From Escherichia coli (GTDB lineage: Bacteria > Pseudomonadota > Gammaproteobacteria > Enterobacterales > Enterobacteriaceae), in NCBI RefSeq assembly GCF_030384885.1, contig NZ_CP128613.1: DNA of 64,000 bases; one strand, given 5' to 3'. Positions 21,856 to 35,397 of this stretch are shown in pieces (positions within the stretch are counted from its first letter, which is position 1; the number at the start of each line of letters is the position of its first letter). The notes under the pieces were generated by a model. It did not search any database. It saw only the letters and a program-made list of their open reading frames with translations, and was not told the DNA's origin. The translations under genes were made by a program, and so were the position numbers.

Positions 21856-24357
21856 ATGGCCCTGATTGTGGAATTTATTTGTGAGCTACCTAACGGCGTA
21901 CATGCGCGTCCGGCAAGCCACGTTGAAACGCTGTGTAATACTTTTTCATCACAAATTGAGTGGCATAACCTGCGCACTGACCGCAAGGGCAACGCCAAAA
22001 GCGCCCTTGCGCTGATTGGCACCGATACGCTGGTGGGCGATAACTGCCAGTTACTGATTTCCGGGGCCGACGAGCAGGAAGCGCACCAGCGTTTAAGCCA
22101 ATGGCTGCGCGATGAATTCCCCCACTGCGACGCACCGCTGGCAGAAGTAAAATCTGACGAACTGGAGCCGCTGCCGGTTTCACTGACCAACCTGAATCCG
22201 CGAATTATCCGCGCCCGCACCGTGTGCAGCAGTAGCGCAGGCGGCATTCTGACGCCGATCTCTTCTTTAGATCTCAATGCGCTGGGTAATCTTCCCGCTG
22301 CCAAAGGCGTTGACGCCGAGCAATCCGCGCTGGAAAACGGCCTGACGCTGGTACTGAAAAACATTGAGTTTCGTCTGCTGGATAGCGACGGTGCTACCAG
22401 CGCGATTCTGGAAGCGCACCGATCCCTGGCTGGCGATACTTCCCTGCGCGAACATTTACTGGCAGGCGTCTGCGCCGGATTAAGCTGCGCCGAAGCAATT
22501 GTTACCAGTGCGAATCACTTTTGCGAAGAGTTTTCCCGTTCCAGCAGCAGCTACCTGCAAGAACGCGCGCTGGATGTGCGCGATGTCTGCTTCCAGTTAC
22601 TCCAGCAAATCTACGGCGAGAAACGCTTTCCGGCACCGGGCAAGCTGACGCAGCCCGCCATTTGTATGGCTGATGAACTGACCCCTAGCCAGTTCCTCGA
22701 ACTGGATAAAAATCACCTCAAAGGATTGTTGCTCAAAAGTGGCGGCACTACCTCACACACGGTGATCCTTGCCCGTTCGTTCAACATTCCGACGCTGGTT
22801 GGTGTGGATATTGATGCCCTTACTCCGTGGCAGCATCAAACGATTTATATCGACGGCAACGCTGGGGCGATTGTGGTTGATCCTGGAGAAGCCGTAGCCC
22901 GTTATTATCAGCAAGAAGCCCGCGTACAGAACGCCCTTCGTGAGCAACAGCGTGTCTGGCTGACCCAACAAGCCCGTACCGCTGACGGTATCCGCATTGA
23001 AATTGCCGCTAACATCGCTCACTCCGTCGAAGCGCAGGCCGCATTCGGCAATGGTGCGGAAGGCGTTGGTTTGTTCCGCACTGAAATGCTCTATATGGAT
23101 CGCACCAGTGCACCGGGCGAAAGCGAGCTGTACAACATTTTTTGTCAGGCGCTGGAGTCCGCCAACGGACGCAGCATTATTGTGCGCACTATGGATATTG
23201 GCGGTGACAAACCCGTTGATTATCTGAATATTCCCGCAGAGGCAAACCCGTTCCTCGGTTATCGCGCCGTGCGTATTTATGAAGAGTACGCGTCGTTATT
23301 TACCACGCAGCTACGATCGATCCTGCGCGCCTCCGCTCATGGTAGCCTGAAAATCATGATCCCGATGATCTCTTCAATGGAAGAGATCTTATGGGTGAAA
23401 GAAAAACTGGCAGAAGCTAAACAGCAGCTGCGTAACGAACACATTCCGTTTGATGAGAAGATCCAGCTCGGTATCATGCTTGAAGTGCCGTCAGTAATGT
23501 TCATCATCGATCAATGCTGTGAGGAGATTGATTTCTTTAGTATTGGTAGTAATGACCTGACGCAATATCTGCTGGCAGTGGATCGCGATAACGCTAAGGT
23601 AACTCGTCACTACAACAGCCTGAATCCGGCATTCTTACGAGCGCTTGATTACGCCGTGCAGGCAGTGCATCGCCAGGGCAAATGGATTGGTCTGTGCGGT
23701 GAACTGGGGGCGAAAGGTTCCGTGCTGCCGTTGCTGGTCGGTTTAGGGCTGGATGAGTTGAGCATGAGTGCACCGTCAATTCCGGCGGCGAAAGCGCGAA
23801 TGGCGCAACTTGATAGCCGCGAATGCCGCCAGTTACTCAACCAGGCAATGGCCTGCCGTACTTCGCTGGAAGTGGAACACCTGCTGGCACAATTCCGCAT
23901 GACGCAACAGGATGCACCACTGGTCACCGCCGAGTGCATCACGCTGGAAAGCGACTGGCGCAGCAAAGAAGAAGTGCTCAAAGGCATGACCGATAACCTG
24001 CTGCTGGCGGGCCGCTGCCGCTATCCGCGTAAACTGGAAGCCGACTTGTGGGCGCGCGAGGCCGTTTTCTCTACCGGTCTGGGCTTTAGTTTTGCCATTC
24101 CACACAGCAAATCAGAACACATTGAGCAGTCCACCATCAGCGTGGCGCGTCTGCAAGCGCCAGTGCGCTGGGGCGATGATGAAGCACAATTCATCATTAT
24201 GTTAACCCTTAACAAACACGCTGCCGGCGATCAGCATATGCGCATTTTCTCGCGCCTCGCTCGCCGCATCATGCACGAAGAATTCCGTAACGCGCTGGTT
24301 AACGCCGCCTCTGCCGACGCTATCGCCAGCCTGCTGCAACATGAACTGGAACTGTAA
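21856..24357 (+). CDS. ptsA: Multiphosphoryl transfer protein (HPr-like, enzyme I-like and EIIA-like domains)
   Basis: 833 aa; enzyme I PEP-utilizing motifs and C-terminal EIIA(Fru)-like domain. Confidence 0.9.
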   Translation: MALIVEFICELPNGVHARPASHVETLCNTFSSQIEWHNLRTDRKGNAKSALALIGTDTLVGDNCQLLISGADEQEAHQRLSQWLRDEFPHCDAPLAEVKSDELEPLPVSLTNLNPRIIRARTVCSSSAGGILTPISSLDLNALGNLPAAKGVDAEQSALENGLTLVLKNIEFRLLDSDGATSAILEAHRSLAGDTSLREHLLAGVCAGLSCAEAIVTSANHFCEEFSRSSSSYLQERALDVRDVCFQLLQQIYGEKRFPAPGKLTQPAICMADELTPSQFLELDKNHLKGLLLKSGGTTSHTVILARSFNIPTLVGVDIDALTPWQHQTIYIDGNAGAIVVDPGEAVARYYQQEARVQNALREQQRVWLTQQARTADGIRIEIAANIAHSVEAQAAFGNGAEGVGLFRTEMLYMDRTSAPGESELYNIFCQALESANGRSIIVRTMDIGGDKPVDYLNIPAEANPFLGYRAVRIYEEYASLFTTQLRSILRASAHGSLKIMIPMISSMEEILWVKEKLAEAKQQLRNEHIPFDEKIQLGIMLEVPSVMFIIDQCCEEIDFFSIGSNDLTQYLLAVDRDNAKVTRHYNSLNPAFLRALDYAVQAVHRQGKWIGLCGELGAKGSVLPLLVGLGLDELSMSAPSIPAAKARMAQLDSRECRQLLNQAMACRTSLEVEHLLAQFRMTQQDAPLVTAECITLESDWRSKEEVLKGMTDNLLLAGRCRYPRKLEADLWAREAVFSTGLGFSFAIPHSKSEHIEQSTISVARLQAPVRWGDDEAQFIIMLTLNKHAAGDQHMRIFSRLARRIMHEEFRNALVNAASADAIASLLQHELEL

Positions 24358-24368
24358 AAGGAAACATC

Positions 24369-25031
24369 ATGGAACTGTATCTGGACACCGCTAACGTCGC
24401 AGAAGTCGAACGTCTGGCACGCATATTCCCGATTGCCGGGGTAACAACTAACCCGAGCATTATCGCGGCCAGCAAGGAGTCCATCTGGGAAGTACTGCCG
24501 CGTTTGCAAAAAGCGATTGGTGATGAGGGTATTTTGTTTGCTCAGACCATGAGTCGTGACGCACAGGGGATGGTGGAAGAAGCGAAGCGCCTGCGCGACG
24601 CCATTCCGGGCATCGTGGTGAAAATCCCGGTGACTTCCGAAGGTCTGGCCGCCATTAAGATGCTGAAAAAAGAGGGTATTACTACACTTGGCACCGCTGT
24701 ATATAGCGCCGCACAAGGATTATTAGCCGCGCTGGCAGGGGCAAAATATGTTGCTCCGTATGTTAACCGCGTCGACGCCCAGGGCGGTGACGGCATTCGT
24801 ACGGTTCAGGAGCTGCAAGCGCTGTTGGAAATGCACGCGCCAGAAAGCATGGTGCTGGCTGCCAGTTTTAAAACACCGCGTCAGGCGCTGGATTGTTTGC
24901 TGGCAGGATGTGAGTCCATCACCCTACCCTTAGATGTAGCGCAACAAATGCTCAACACTCCTGCGGTAGAGTCGGCTATAGAGAAGTTTGAGCACGACTG
25001 GAATGCCGCATTTGGCACTACTCATCTCTAA
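24369..25031 (+). CDS. fsaB: Fructose-6-phosphate aldolase 2
   Basis: 220 aa, [35 protein letters not shown]... transaldolase-like. Confidence 0.9.
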
Positions 25032-25041
25032 AGGAGCAATT

Positions 25042-26145
25042 ATGGACCGCATTATTCAATCACCGGGTAAATACATCCAGGGCGCAGATGTCATTAATCG
25101 TCTGGGCGAGTACCTGAAGCCGCTGGCAGAACGCTGGTTAGTGGTGGGTGACAAATTTGTTTTAGGTTTTGCTCAATCCACTGTCGAGAAAAGCTTTAAA
25201 GATGCTGGACTGGTAGTAGAAATTGCGCCGTTTGGCGGTGAATGTTCGCAAAATGAGATCGACCGTCTGCGTGGCATCGCGGAGACTGCGCAGTGTGGCG
25301 CAATTCTCGGTATCGGCGGCGGTAAAACCCTCGATACAGCCAAAGCACTGGCACATTTCATGGGTGTTCCGGTCGCCATTGCCCCGACCATTGCTTCAAC
25401 CGACGCGCCTTGTAGCGCTCTTTCCGTTATCTACACTGACGAAGGTGAATTTGACCGCTATCTGCTGTTGCCAAATAACCCGAATATGGTCATTGTCGAC
25501 ACCAAAATCGTCGCGGGCGCACCTGCACGTCTGTTAGCGGCGGGTATCGGCGATGCGCTGGCGACCTGGTTTGAAGCGCGTGCTTGCTCTCGTAGCGGTG
25601 CGACCACAATGGCGGGCGGTAAGTGTACTCAGGCAGCGCTGGCGCTGGCTGAACTGTGCTACAACACGCTGCTGGAAGAAGGCGAAAAAGCGATGCTTGC
25701 CGCCGAACAGCATGTAGTAACTCCAGCACTGGAACGCGTGATTGAAGCGAACACCTATTTGAGCGGCGTTGGCTTTGAAAGCGGTGGGCTGGCTGCGGCG
25801 CACGCGGTGCATAACGGCCTGACTGCAATACCTGATGCCCATCACTATTATCATGGTGAAAAAGTGGCATTCGGTACGCTGACGCAGCTGGTTCTGGAAA
25901 ATGCGCCGGTGGAAGAAATCGAAACCGTAGCTGCACTTAGCCATGCGGTAGGTTTGCCAATAACCCTCGCTCAACTGGATATTAAAGAAGATGTCCCGGC
26001 GAAAATGCGGATTGTGGCAGAAGCGGCATGTGCAGAAGGTGAAACCATCCACAACATGCCTGGCGGCGCGACGCCAGATCAGGTTTACGCCGCACTGCTG
26101 GTAGCCGACCAGTACGGTCAGCGTTTCCTGCAAGAGTGGGAATAA
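25042..26145 (+). CDS. gldA: Glycerol dehydrogenase
   Basis: [24 protein letters not shown]...; AAGGAG RBS at 25031-25036; 367 aa. Confidence 0.92.
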
Positions 26146-26152
26146 TCTATGC

Positions 26153-26289
26153 CAAACTCCCGGCTTGTCCGGGAGTTTGAACGCAAAATTGCCTGATGCG
26201 CTACGCTTATCAGGCCTACGAAATATCTGCAACGCATTGAATTTACGTGTTTTTTATGTCTGACAAGGCGTTCACGCCGCATCCGGCAC
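26153..26289. repeat. Stem-loop plus REP-type palindromic units downstream of gldA
   Basis: Perfect 10-bp stem aaactcccgg/ccgggagttt; REP-like gcctgatgcgctacgcttatcaggcctac and gacaaggcgttcacgccgcatccggcact. Confidence 0.55.
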
Positions 26290-26416
26290 TCTGTGCCATT
26301 AATCTGATACTCCCACGTTGTTCGGGAGTTTTTATCCGCTTCTGGACATTTTCTCCACAGAACAATCGTTAGCCCGGAAGGTCGAATCTGTGAATATTTT
26401 TTCACGGACGAAACAG

Positions 26417-27034
26417 ATGAAAGCTTCACTGGCGTTGTTCAGTCTTCTGACGGTATTTACCAGTTACTCCTTAAAATCTCCCGCTGTTCCACCAACCGTG
26501 GTACAAATCCAGGCCAACACCAATCTTGCCATCGCAGACGGTGCCAGACAGCAAATTGGCAGCACGCTATTTTACGATCCGGCGTATGTGCAGCTTACTT
26601 ATCCTGGCGGTGATGTCCCGCAAGAACGCGGCGTATGTTCCGATGTGGTAATCCGTGCATTGCGCAGCCAGAAGGTCGATTTGCAGAAACTGGTGCACGA
26701 AGATATGGCGAAGAATTTTGCTGCGTACCCGCAAAAATGGCAGTTAAAGCGCCCGGACAGCAACATCGATCACCGTCGGGTGCCTAATCTGGAAACCTGG
26801 TTTACCCGCCACGATAAAACACGCCCCACCAGCAAAAACGCCAGTGACTACCAAGCGGGCGATATTGTCTCCTGGCGATTAGATAATGGGCTGGCACATA
26901 TTGGGGTGGTTTCAGATGGCTTCGCCCGCGACGGTACGCCGCTGGTGATACATAACATTGGCGCAGGCGCGCAGGAAGAAGACGTGCTGTTTAGCTGGCG
27001 GATGGTGGGGCATTATCGGTATTTTGCTAAATGA
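26417..27034 (+). CDS. yijF: DUF1287-family secreted protein
   Basis: Start at ATG 26417 (MKASLALFSLLTVFTSYS signal-like N-terminus), 205 aa. Confidence 0.8.
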   Translation: MKASLALFSLLTVFTSYSLKSPAVPPTVVQIQANTNLAIADGARQQIGSTLFYDPAYVQLTYPGGDVPQERGVCSDVVIRALRSQKVDLQKLVHEDMAKNFAAYPQKWQLKRPDSNIDHRRVPNLETWFTRHDKTRPTSKNASDYQAGDIVSWRLDNGLAHIGVVSDGFARDGTPLVIHNIGAGAQEEDVLFSWRMVGHYRYFAK

Positions 27035-27058
27035 GCGCTCGCCCCACCTGTAAAAAAT

Positions 27059-27964
27059 TCAGATCCTTTTTACGCTGACGGCTTCTTTTTTCTTACGGCT
27101 CACCAGCGCCAGTGCCAGCACAATCAGCACAATGCCGCTACCTTCAACGGTCCCCGGATTTTCACCGAGCAGCCACCAGGAAAAGAGTACGCCGCAAACA
27201 GGAACTGCTAACGTGCTTAGGCTGGCGATACTGGCGGGTAAGTTTTTCAATACAAACAGCCATAAGCTCCAGGCCAGCGCTGTCGCCAGAATCGCACTGT
27301 AGGCCAGCGCCCAGAACACGGTGGGCTGCCAGTCAATTTCACGTTGCGGCACCAGCCAAGCGACCACGCTCATCACCAGCGCCGCATAAAGCATCTGCCA
27401 GGATGTTAACGACAATAAATCCACGCGTGGATGGCGGGCGTATAGGCGTTTCGCGACAATCGCGCTCGCCCCCCAACTAACACCGGAGAGGATCGCCAGC
27501 ATGGCGCTTTTCATCGAAGAGAAATCGAGTTGCCACGGCTGCAACACCAAAAATAAGCCGAAAGCGGCAATCAGAATCGCCAAATATTGCCCGCGTCGCA
27601 GGCGTTCACCGAGAAACAACGCGGCGAAAATCACCACCCAGAATGGCATGGTATAGCTCAGGATTGCCACCTTCCCTGCTCCGCCGCTCACCAGCGCCCA
27701 CTGCGCCAGGCCAACCATCCCGCAGGTTTGTAACAGGGCAATGGCTAAGGTGTATTTAAACGGCGTCGGGCGCATTCCGCGACCACGTAATAAAAGGACG
27801 ATGAATAAAACGAGAGCGCCGAAAATGCAGCGTAAAGCGGTAAAGTCGAAGGCACCGATGTAGCTGGTGACTTGCTTCATGAAAATCCAGCTATAACTCC
27901 AGATAAGTGTGAGCACAACCAGGCCACTGATTGCCAGTGGGTTGCTCTTTCCTGCGGCAGACAT
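27059..27964 (-). CDS. yijE: EamA/DMT-family inner membrane transporter
   Basis: Ten-helix hydrophobic profile; start chosen at internal Met, start uncertain. Confidence 0.8.
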   Translation of the reverse strand: MSAAGKSNPLAISGLVVLTLIWSYSWIFMKQVTSYIGAFDFTALRCIFGALVLFIVLLLRGRGMRPTPFKYTLAIALLQTCGMVGLAQWALVSGGAGKVAILSYTMPFWVVIFAALFLGERLRRGQYLAILIAAFGLFLVLQPWQLDFSSMKSAMLAILSGVSWGASAIVAKRLYARHPRVDLLSLTSWQMLYAALVMSVVAWLVPQREIDWQPTVFWALAYSAILATALAWSLWLFVLKNLPASIASLSTLAVPVCGVLFSWWLLGENPGTVEGSGIVLIVLALALVSRKKKEAVSVKRI

Positions 27965-28057
27965 GAGAGATCCAGTGTGTAGTTTTCCTGTGGACACTAT
28001 ACGCTGGTAAAGAAACTTCAGCGACTGCCAGACAGACAGTCGCTGAAGAAGGTTAGA

Positions 28058-30292
<2,235 letters not shown>

Positions 30293-30565
30293 TTATAATT
30301 GAATTAATCCACGGATGCGATAGTTGAGATCTTACATATTGTTGGTTAAAGAGATGTAGATCAAATTGATCGTAATTAAGACTTTTTGATTATGTCCGAT
30401 TTCGGACAAATGCTTTATAAAAAAGGTTTTAGCTTCGTAAGCTTCAAGAAATGAGGGAGAAAACAAGGCTGACTACCTTATTTTCTCACTCGCATTTCGA
30501 GGCAGCATTTTGTGCTCTGTTTAAAATTTGTGATCACAGTGTGATTTTCACAAAAGGCGCACTAT

Positions 30566-31459
<894 letters not shown>

Positions 31460-31510
31460 TTACCTCATCAATCGCTTGTAGTTATATGTTGTGTTGTGCA
31501 CATCTATCCG

Positions 31511-31535
31511 TTTAGACGTCCAGATGTAAAGATGA
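31511..31535. promoter_or_regulatory. MetJ operator (met-box repeats) upstream of metF
   Basis: Tandem 8-bp AGACGTCT-like repeats ttagacgtccagatgtaaagatg just upstream of the metF start. Confidence 0.5.
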
Positions 31536-31808
31536 AGGAAAAGCTGAAGGGCGTCAACCGAAAAATGACCAATGATGGTGAGGAAAAATCAGGGAAGATG
31601 AAAAAAATTCAGGATAAAGGCCAAAGTTCCTCGTACCTGAACATGTGGAATATACCTCATTTAAGATGATATTTATTTGTTTAATTATTTTTTCTATTAA
31701 CCGGTGCAACGAGTGTTAAAGCGTGTAATTTTAGGATTATATCAATAGTCACGGTTATACAAACAGTGATAATTTATGAAATAATTTTATTTACCAGAGG
31801 AATAGCGC

Positions 31809-32783
31809 ATGTATCTTAATACTCAAGTTCAATATAATAAGTTAAATAAAGATGAAAAAAAGATCCTGTTGTTACAAAAGCTAGCCCATTTAACTGATTT
31901 TACTTTTGACAGAATAGAGACATTTTCAGCATTTGGACAATCTACTGAAACAGGTGTTTTTAAATATAAAGATGGCAATGAATTTGTTGTTGTCCCCGGG
32001 GATACAGTAATATTAGGGTGGGATGCCAGTCTCAATAATATGGATGGTCCGACAAAACAAGAATTTGAAGAGATGTTGGAACCAGAAGGTTTAGATTTGA
32101 ATAATTATCTCACCGACTCTTGCACACCTGTCAGGAAGGTTACAATTTCCCCGATGCTGGTTGAAAGAAACGTTCACGCCGAACCAAGTTGGAAGGAAGT
32201 ATCTCTTACGGACCCCCGCATCACAGAGAACAGCATGCTGCAAAAATTTCTGTCTGATTATATGGAAAAAATTAATCCTGGAGTTCACGAATTAAACGCA
32301 AGATTGAGATTACAATATATAGATGGGGATTTATTTGCACAAATATATGAATCAATTAGCTATGATGAGTTACTTCAAAATATCCAAAGCAATAGTTTTG
32401 ATCTTCCGAGCGAAGATGAATGGGAATATTTATGTGGCGGTGGTTCCAGGACACTCTGGCGCTGGGGGAATAATTTCGACTATCAAATGAAAATCCCATT
32501 TATTACTTCAGAAGAACCAACAACCTGGGATATAGAATGGCCTAATCAGTTTGGGTTGCAGATTGCATTTGATCCCTATCTTCAGGAAATTATTAATGAT
32601 AAAGATATTCTTCTGAAAGGTGGCGATGGTGGGTGCAATCTCTGCGGAGGTGCTAATGTTGTATTAGGATTCTTGCCTGTGGCAACTTATTACAAAGGAT
32701 ATAATAAACATACGGACGAATTAGAATATATGGATGACATTGGAGACAATTATACTTCTTATCGCAGAATAATTCGTTTATGA
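31809..32783 (+). CDS. Hypothetical protein, AT-rich gene; weak FGE-sulfatase (SUMF1)-like motif
   Basis: 324 aa ORF with AGAGGA RBS; motif LPSEDEWEYLCGGGSRTLWRWGNNFD resembles the FGE-domain EWEY...GG core; no other FGE signatures recognised. Confidence 0.6.
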   Translation: MYLNTQVQYNKLNKDEKKILLLQKLAHLTDFTFDRIETFSAFGQSTETGVFKYKDGNEFVVVPGDTVILGWDASLNNMDGPTKQEFEEMLEPEGLDLNNYLTDSCTPVRKVTISPMLVERNVHAEPSWKEVSLTDPRITENSMLQKFLSDYMEKINPGVHELNARLRLQYIDGDLFAQIYESISYDELLQNIQSNSFDLPSEDEWEYLCGGGSRTLWRWGNNFDYQMKIPFITSEEPTTWDIEWPNQFGLQIAFDPYLQEIINDKDILLKGGDGGCNLCGGANVVLGFLPVATYYKGYNKHTDELEYMDDIGDNYTSYRRIIRL

Positions 32784-32864
32784 GTAAAAATTATATTTCA
32801 GGACAAGAAGTTATGCTCGAGTCAAGCTAATGAATTGCTTAACGCAAGGAATAAAAACGTATTG

Positions 32865-34346
32865 ATGAACACTGGGAATTTCGAGTCGATACAAATCATG
32901 ATCGCCGCGCAAGAGTGGCGTAGCCTGCCGCTGCATCTGCGTTTGTATCAGGCTTTTCGTCAGTTGGTGATTTCTGGCGCGTTGTCTGATGGCGCAAAAC
33001 TGCCGTCCGCTCGCGCACTGGCCCAGCAACTGCACCTTTCCAGAGATACCATCGAAAATGCCTATTCCCAGCTCCACCGCGACGGTTTTATGGCTCGCAG
33101 GCAGGGGGCCGGGAGTTTCGCCAGCCGCCAGGGGATACCGCATATTCAGGGCCAGCATGCGCAACCACCCTCGCCCGGACAAGTACCGGCTTTAAGCGCT
33201 CGCTGGCAGCCAATTGCCGATCGCGCAGTCTCTTTCGATGCCCGCCAGATGCAGACCTTTACGCTTGGCCTGCCGGAAACGCGAAACTTCCCGCTAAACA
33301 TTTGGCAGAACTTTTCCCGCCAGATCCAACGTGAGCAGGCGCATACGCTGATGTTAAATAGCGATCCGCAGGGCGAGCCACAGCTGCGCCAGCAAATTGC
33401 GCATTACCTTAATTTTGAACGCGGCGCGAAGGTAGATGCCGGGCAGATTGTGATTGTCAGCGGCGCACGGCAGGCGTTCTGGCTGTGCGGGCAACTGCTG
33501 GCAGAGGCCGGACAGTCGGTGGCGATGGAAAATCCGGGCTATCCCGGCGCGCGTCAGGCGTTTTCTGCCGCACAGCTTAATCTTCTTCCCGTTGAAGTGG
33601 ATGACGCCGGGATCCGGGTGGATAAACTGCCGCCCGCGCCGCTGGTTTACGTCACGCCCTCGCACCAGTTTCCTTCCGGTCATTTGCTCACGCTGGCGCG
33701 GCGTCATGCCCTGATTGCCTGGGCGCAGGCGCACAATGCATGGATTATCGAAGACGACTACGACAGCGAATTTCACTACACCAGCGCGCCCGTCGCCTGT
33801 CTGCAAGGGTTAGACTGCGAGCAACGCACCCTGTATGTCGGCACTTTCAGCAAAACGCTCTATCCCGGCCTGCGCATCGGTTATCTGGTGGTGCCGACGT
33901 CGCTGGCTGCGCACTTTGCCGCCGCGCGTAATTTGCTTGATGGCGCAACGCCTGCGTTATCCCAACTAACGCTGGCGCGATTTATCGAGTCCGGTCATTT
34001 TGCCGCCCATATTCGCAACATGCGCAGTATGTACGCAGTGCGACAGGCGAGCCTGGCAGAGGCTATTCATCAACACTTAAGTGAATGGGTCACGCCAGTG
34101 GTGACATCCGGTGGGTTACAAATGCCCTGCTGGCTGCATGAAGGTATTGATGAGCAACAGACGCTAAATGCCGCGCGCCGCGCCGGGTTAAACATCGCCG
34201 GAATGCGCCAGTTCTGGCTGACGCACCCCGCGCCCGCGGGCTGGCTGCTGGGATTTGCCGCCTTTACCCCCTACGAGATTGAACAGGGCGTCAAGCGTCT
34301 GCGGGCTGCATTATGCACTGAAAACGTGCGCCCAGCCGGGTCATAA
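32865..34346 (+). CDS. MocR/GntR-family regulator with fused PLP aminotransferase-like domain
   Basis: N-terminal GntR HTH (…LPSARALAQQLHLSRDTIENAYSQLHRDGFMARRQGAGSFAS…) and large C-terminal fold-type-I-like domain; start ambiguous (TTG 32835, ATG 32865 or 32898). Confidence 0.8.
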   Translation: MNTGNFESIQIMIAAQEWRSLPLHLRLYQAFRQLVISGALSDGAKLPSARALAQQLHLSRDTIENAYSQLHRDGFMARRQGAGSFASRQGIPHIQGQHAQPPSPGQVPALSARWQPIADRAVSFDARQMQTFTLGLPETRNFPLNIWQNFSRQIQREQAHTLMLNSDPQGEPQLRQQIAHYLNFERGAKVDAGQIVIVSGARQAFWLCGQLLAEAGQSVAMENPGYPGARQAFSAAQLNLLPVEVDDAGIRVDKLPPAPLVYVTPSHQFPSGHLLTLARRHALIAWAQAHNAWIIEDDYDSEFHYTSAPVACLQGLDCEQRTLYVGTFSKTLYPGLRIGYLVVPTSLAAHFAAARNLLDGATPALSQLTLARFIESGHFAAHIRNMRSMYAVRQASLAEAIHQHLSEWVTPVVTSGGLQMPCWLHEGIDEQQTLNAARRAGLNIAGMRQFWLTHPAPAGWLLGFAAFTPYEIEQGVKRLRAALCTENVRPAGS

Positions 34347-35397
34347 TCTCATACGGGATGGTGTTGCAGGCAGCGGCAACCTGTTCCAGCGTCTGGCCTG
34401 CGCCAATAAATTCCACCTTATCGCCCGCTGTCGGCGTGACGGCGCTGGCATCGACCATAAAGCTGTCCATACAAACCCGCCCCAATACCGGTAACCGCAC
34501 GCCGCGCCAGCATACGCCCGCCGGAGGACGCATATTTCGCGGAACGCCATCCGCGTAACCCGCGGATATCGTAGCGATACGCAGCGGACGCGTGGCGGTA
34601 ATCGTACTGCCATAGCCAACTGGCGTTCCCGCCGGGACATCCTGCACGCGCAGAATAGTTAGCGTCAGCGTAAAAGCCGGTTTTAGCGGCCTGGAAAACC
34701 ACGGCTGGGCGACGCCAAACAGCGCAATCCCCGGACGGCAGAGATCTTCCCGCCAACCTGGTTGCAAAAACATTCCGCAGGAGTTCGCCAGCGAAAATCG
34801 GCTGCTGGGGAAAACCGTTTTTGCCTGCTGGAATAGCGCGTGTTGCGCCACATTTAACGCATGATCCGGCCTGTCGGCGTTCGCCAGATGGCTGATGATA
34901 TAGTCCGGCGCAGGCCAGTTACGCTCACGAAATATCGCCGCCAGACGCATCAGTTGTTGCGGCATCACGCCCAGCCGCGACATACCGGAATCGAGCTGGA
35001 TCATCACCGCACGCCGCTGCTGGCGCGTTTCCAGTAACGTAAGCCACGCCATCACCTGGTCAATGGAATTGAGCAATGGCGTGATCTGCTGCGCGTAACA
35101 ATACGCCATCGCCTCCGGCATAACCCCATTAAGCACTACCACCATCGCATCAGTGGGCAGGATTTTACGCAGCGCCACGCCCTCCGAAAGCTGTGCCACA
35201 AAAAAGATCCGGCAGTTCGCCGCATACAGGGCGGGCGCAATCGCCTCCGCCCCCAGACCATAGGCATTGGCTTTCAACACCGCGCCACATTGCGCAGGGG
35301 CAACATGGCGCGCCAGCGTGCGATAATTATCGACGATGGCGGCGAGATTGACGCACATAACGCCGCACGCCGCCTGGATTTCAGTAGAAGTCATCAT
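34291..35397 (-). CDS. Alanine racemase-family PLP enzyme (fold type III)
   Basis: PLP-lysine motif AVLKANAYGLGA and C-terminal GRVCMDSFMVD motif; start ATG overlaps the stop of the upstream SHMT-like gene (ATGA). Confidence 0.85.
   Translation of the reverse strand: MMTSTEIQAACGVMCVNLAAIVDNYRTLARHVAPAQCGAVLKANAYGLGAEAIAPALYAANCRIFFVAQLSEGVALRKILPTDAMVVVLNGVMPEAMAYCYAQQITPLLNSIDQVMAWLTLLETRQQRRAVMIQLDSGMSRLGVMPQQLMRLAAIFRERNWPAPDYIISHLANADRPDHALNVAQHALFQQAKTVFPSSRFSLANSCGMFLQPGWREDLCRPGIALFGVAQPWFSRPLKPAFTLTLTILRVQDVPAGTPVGYGSTITATRPLRIATISAGYADGVPRNMRPPAGVCWRGVRLPVLGRVCMDSFMVDASAVTPTAGDKVEFIGAGQTLEQVAAACNTIPYEIMTRLGARFQCIMQPADA

Noticed and set aside
25534-26232. 232-aa minus-strand ORF
   Set aside because: Antisense within gldA and overlapping the REP region; translation is Arg/Cys-rich low-complexity. 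Spurious.
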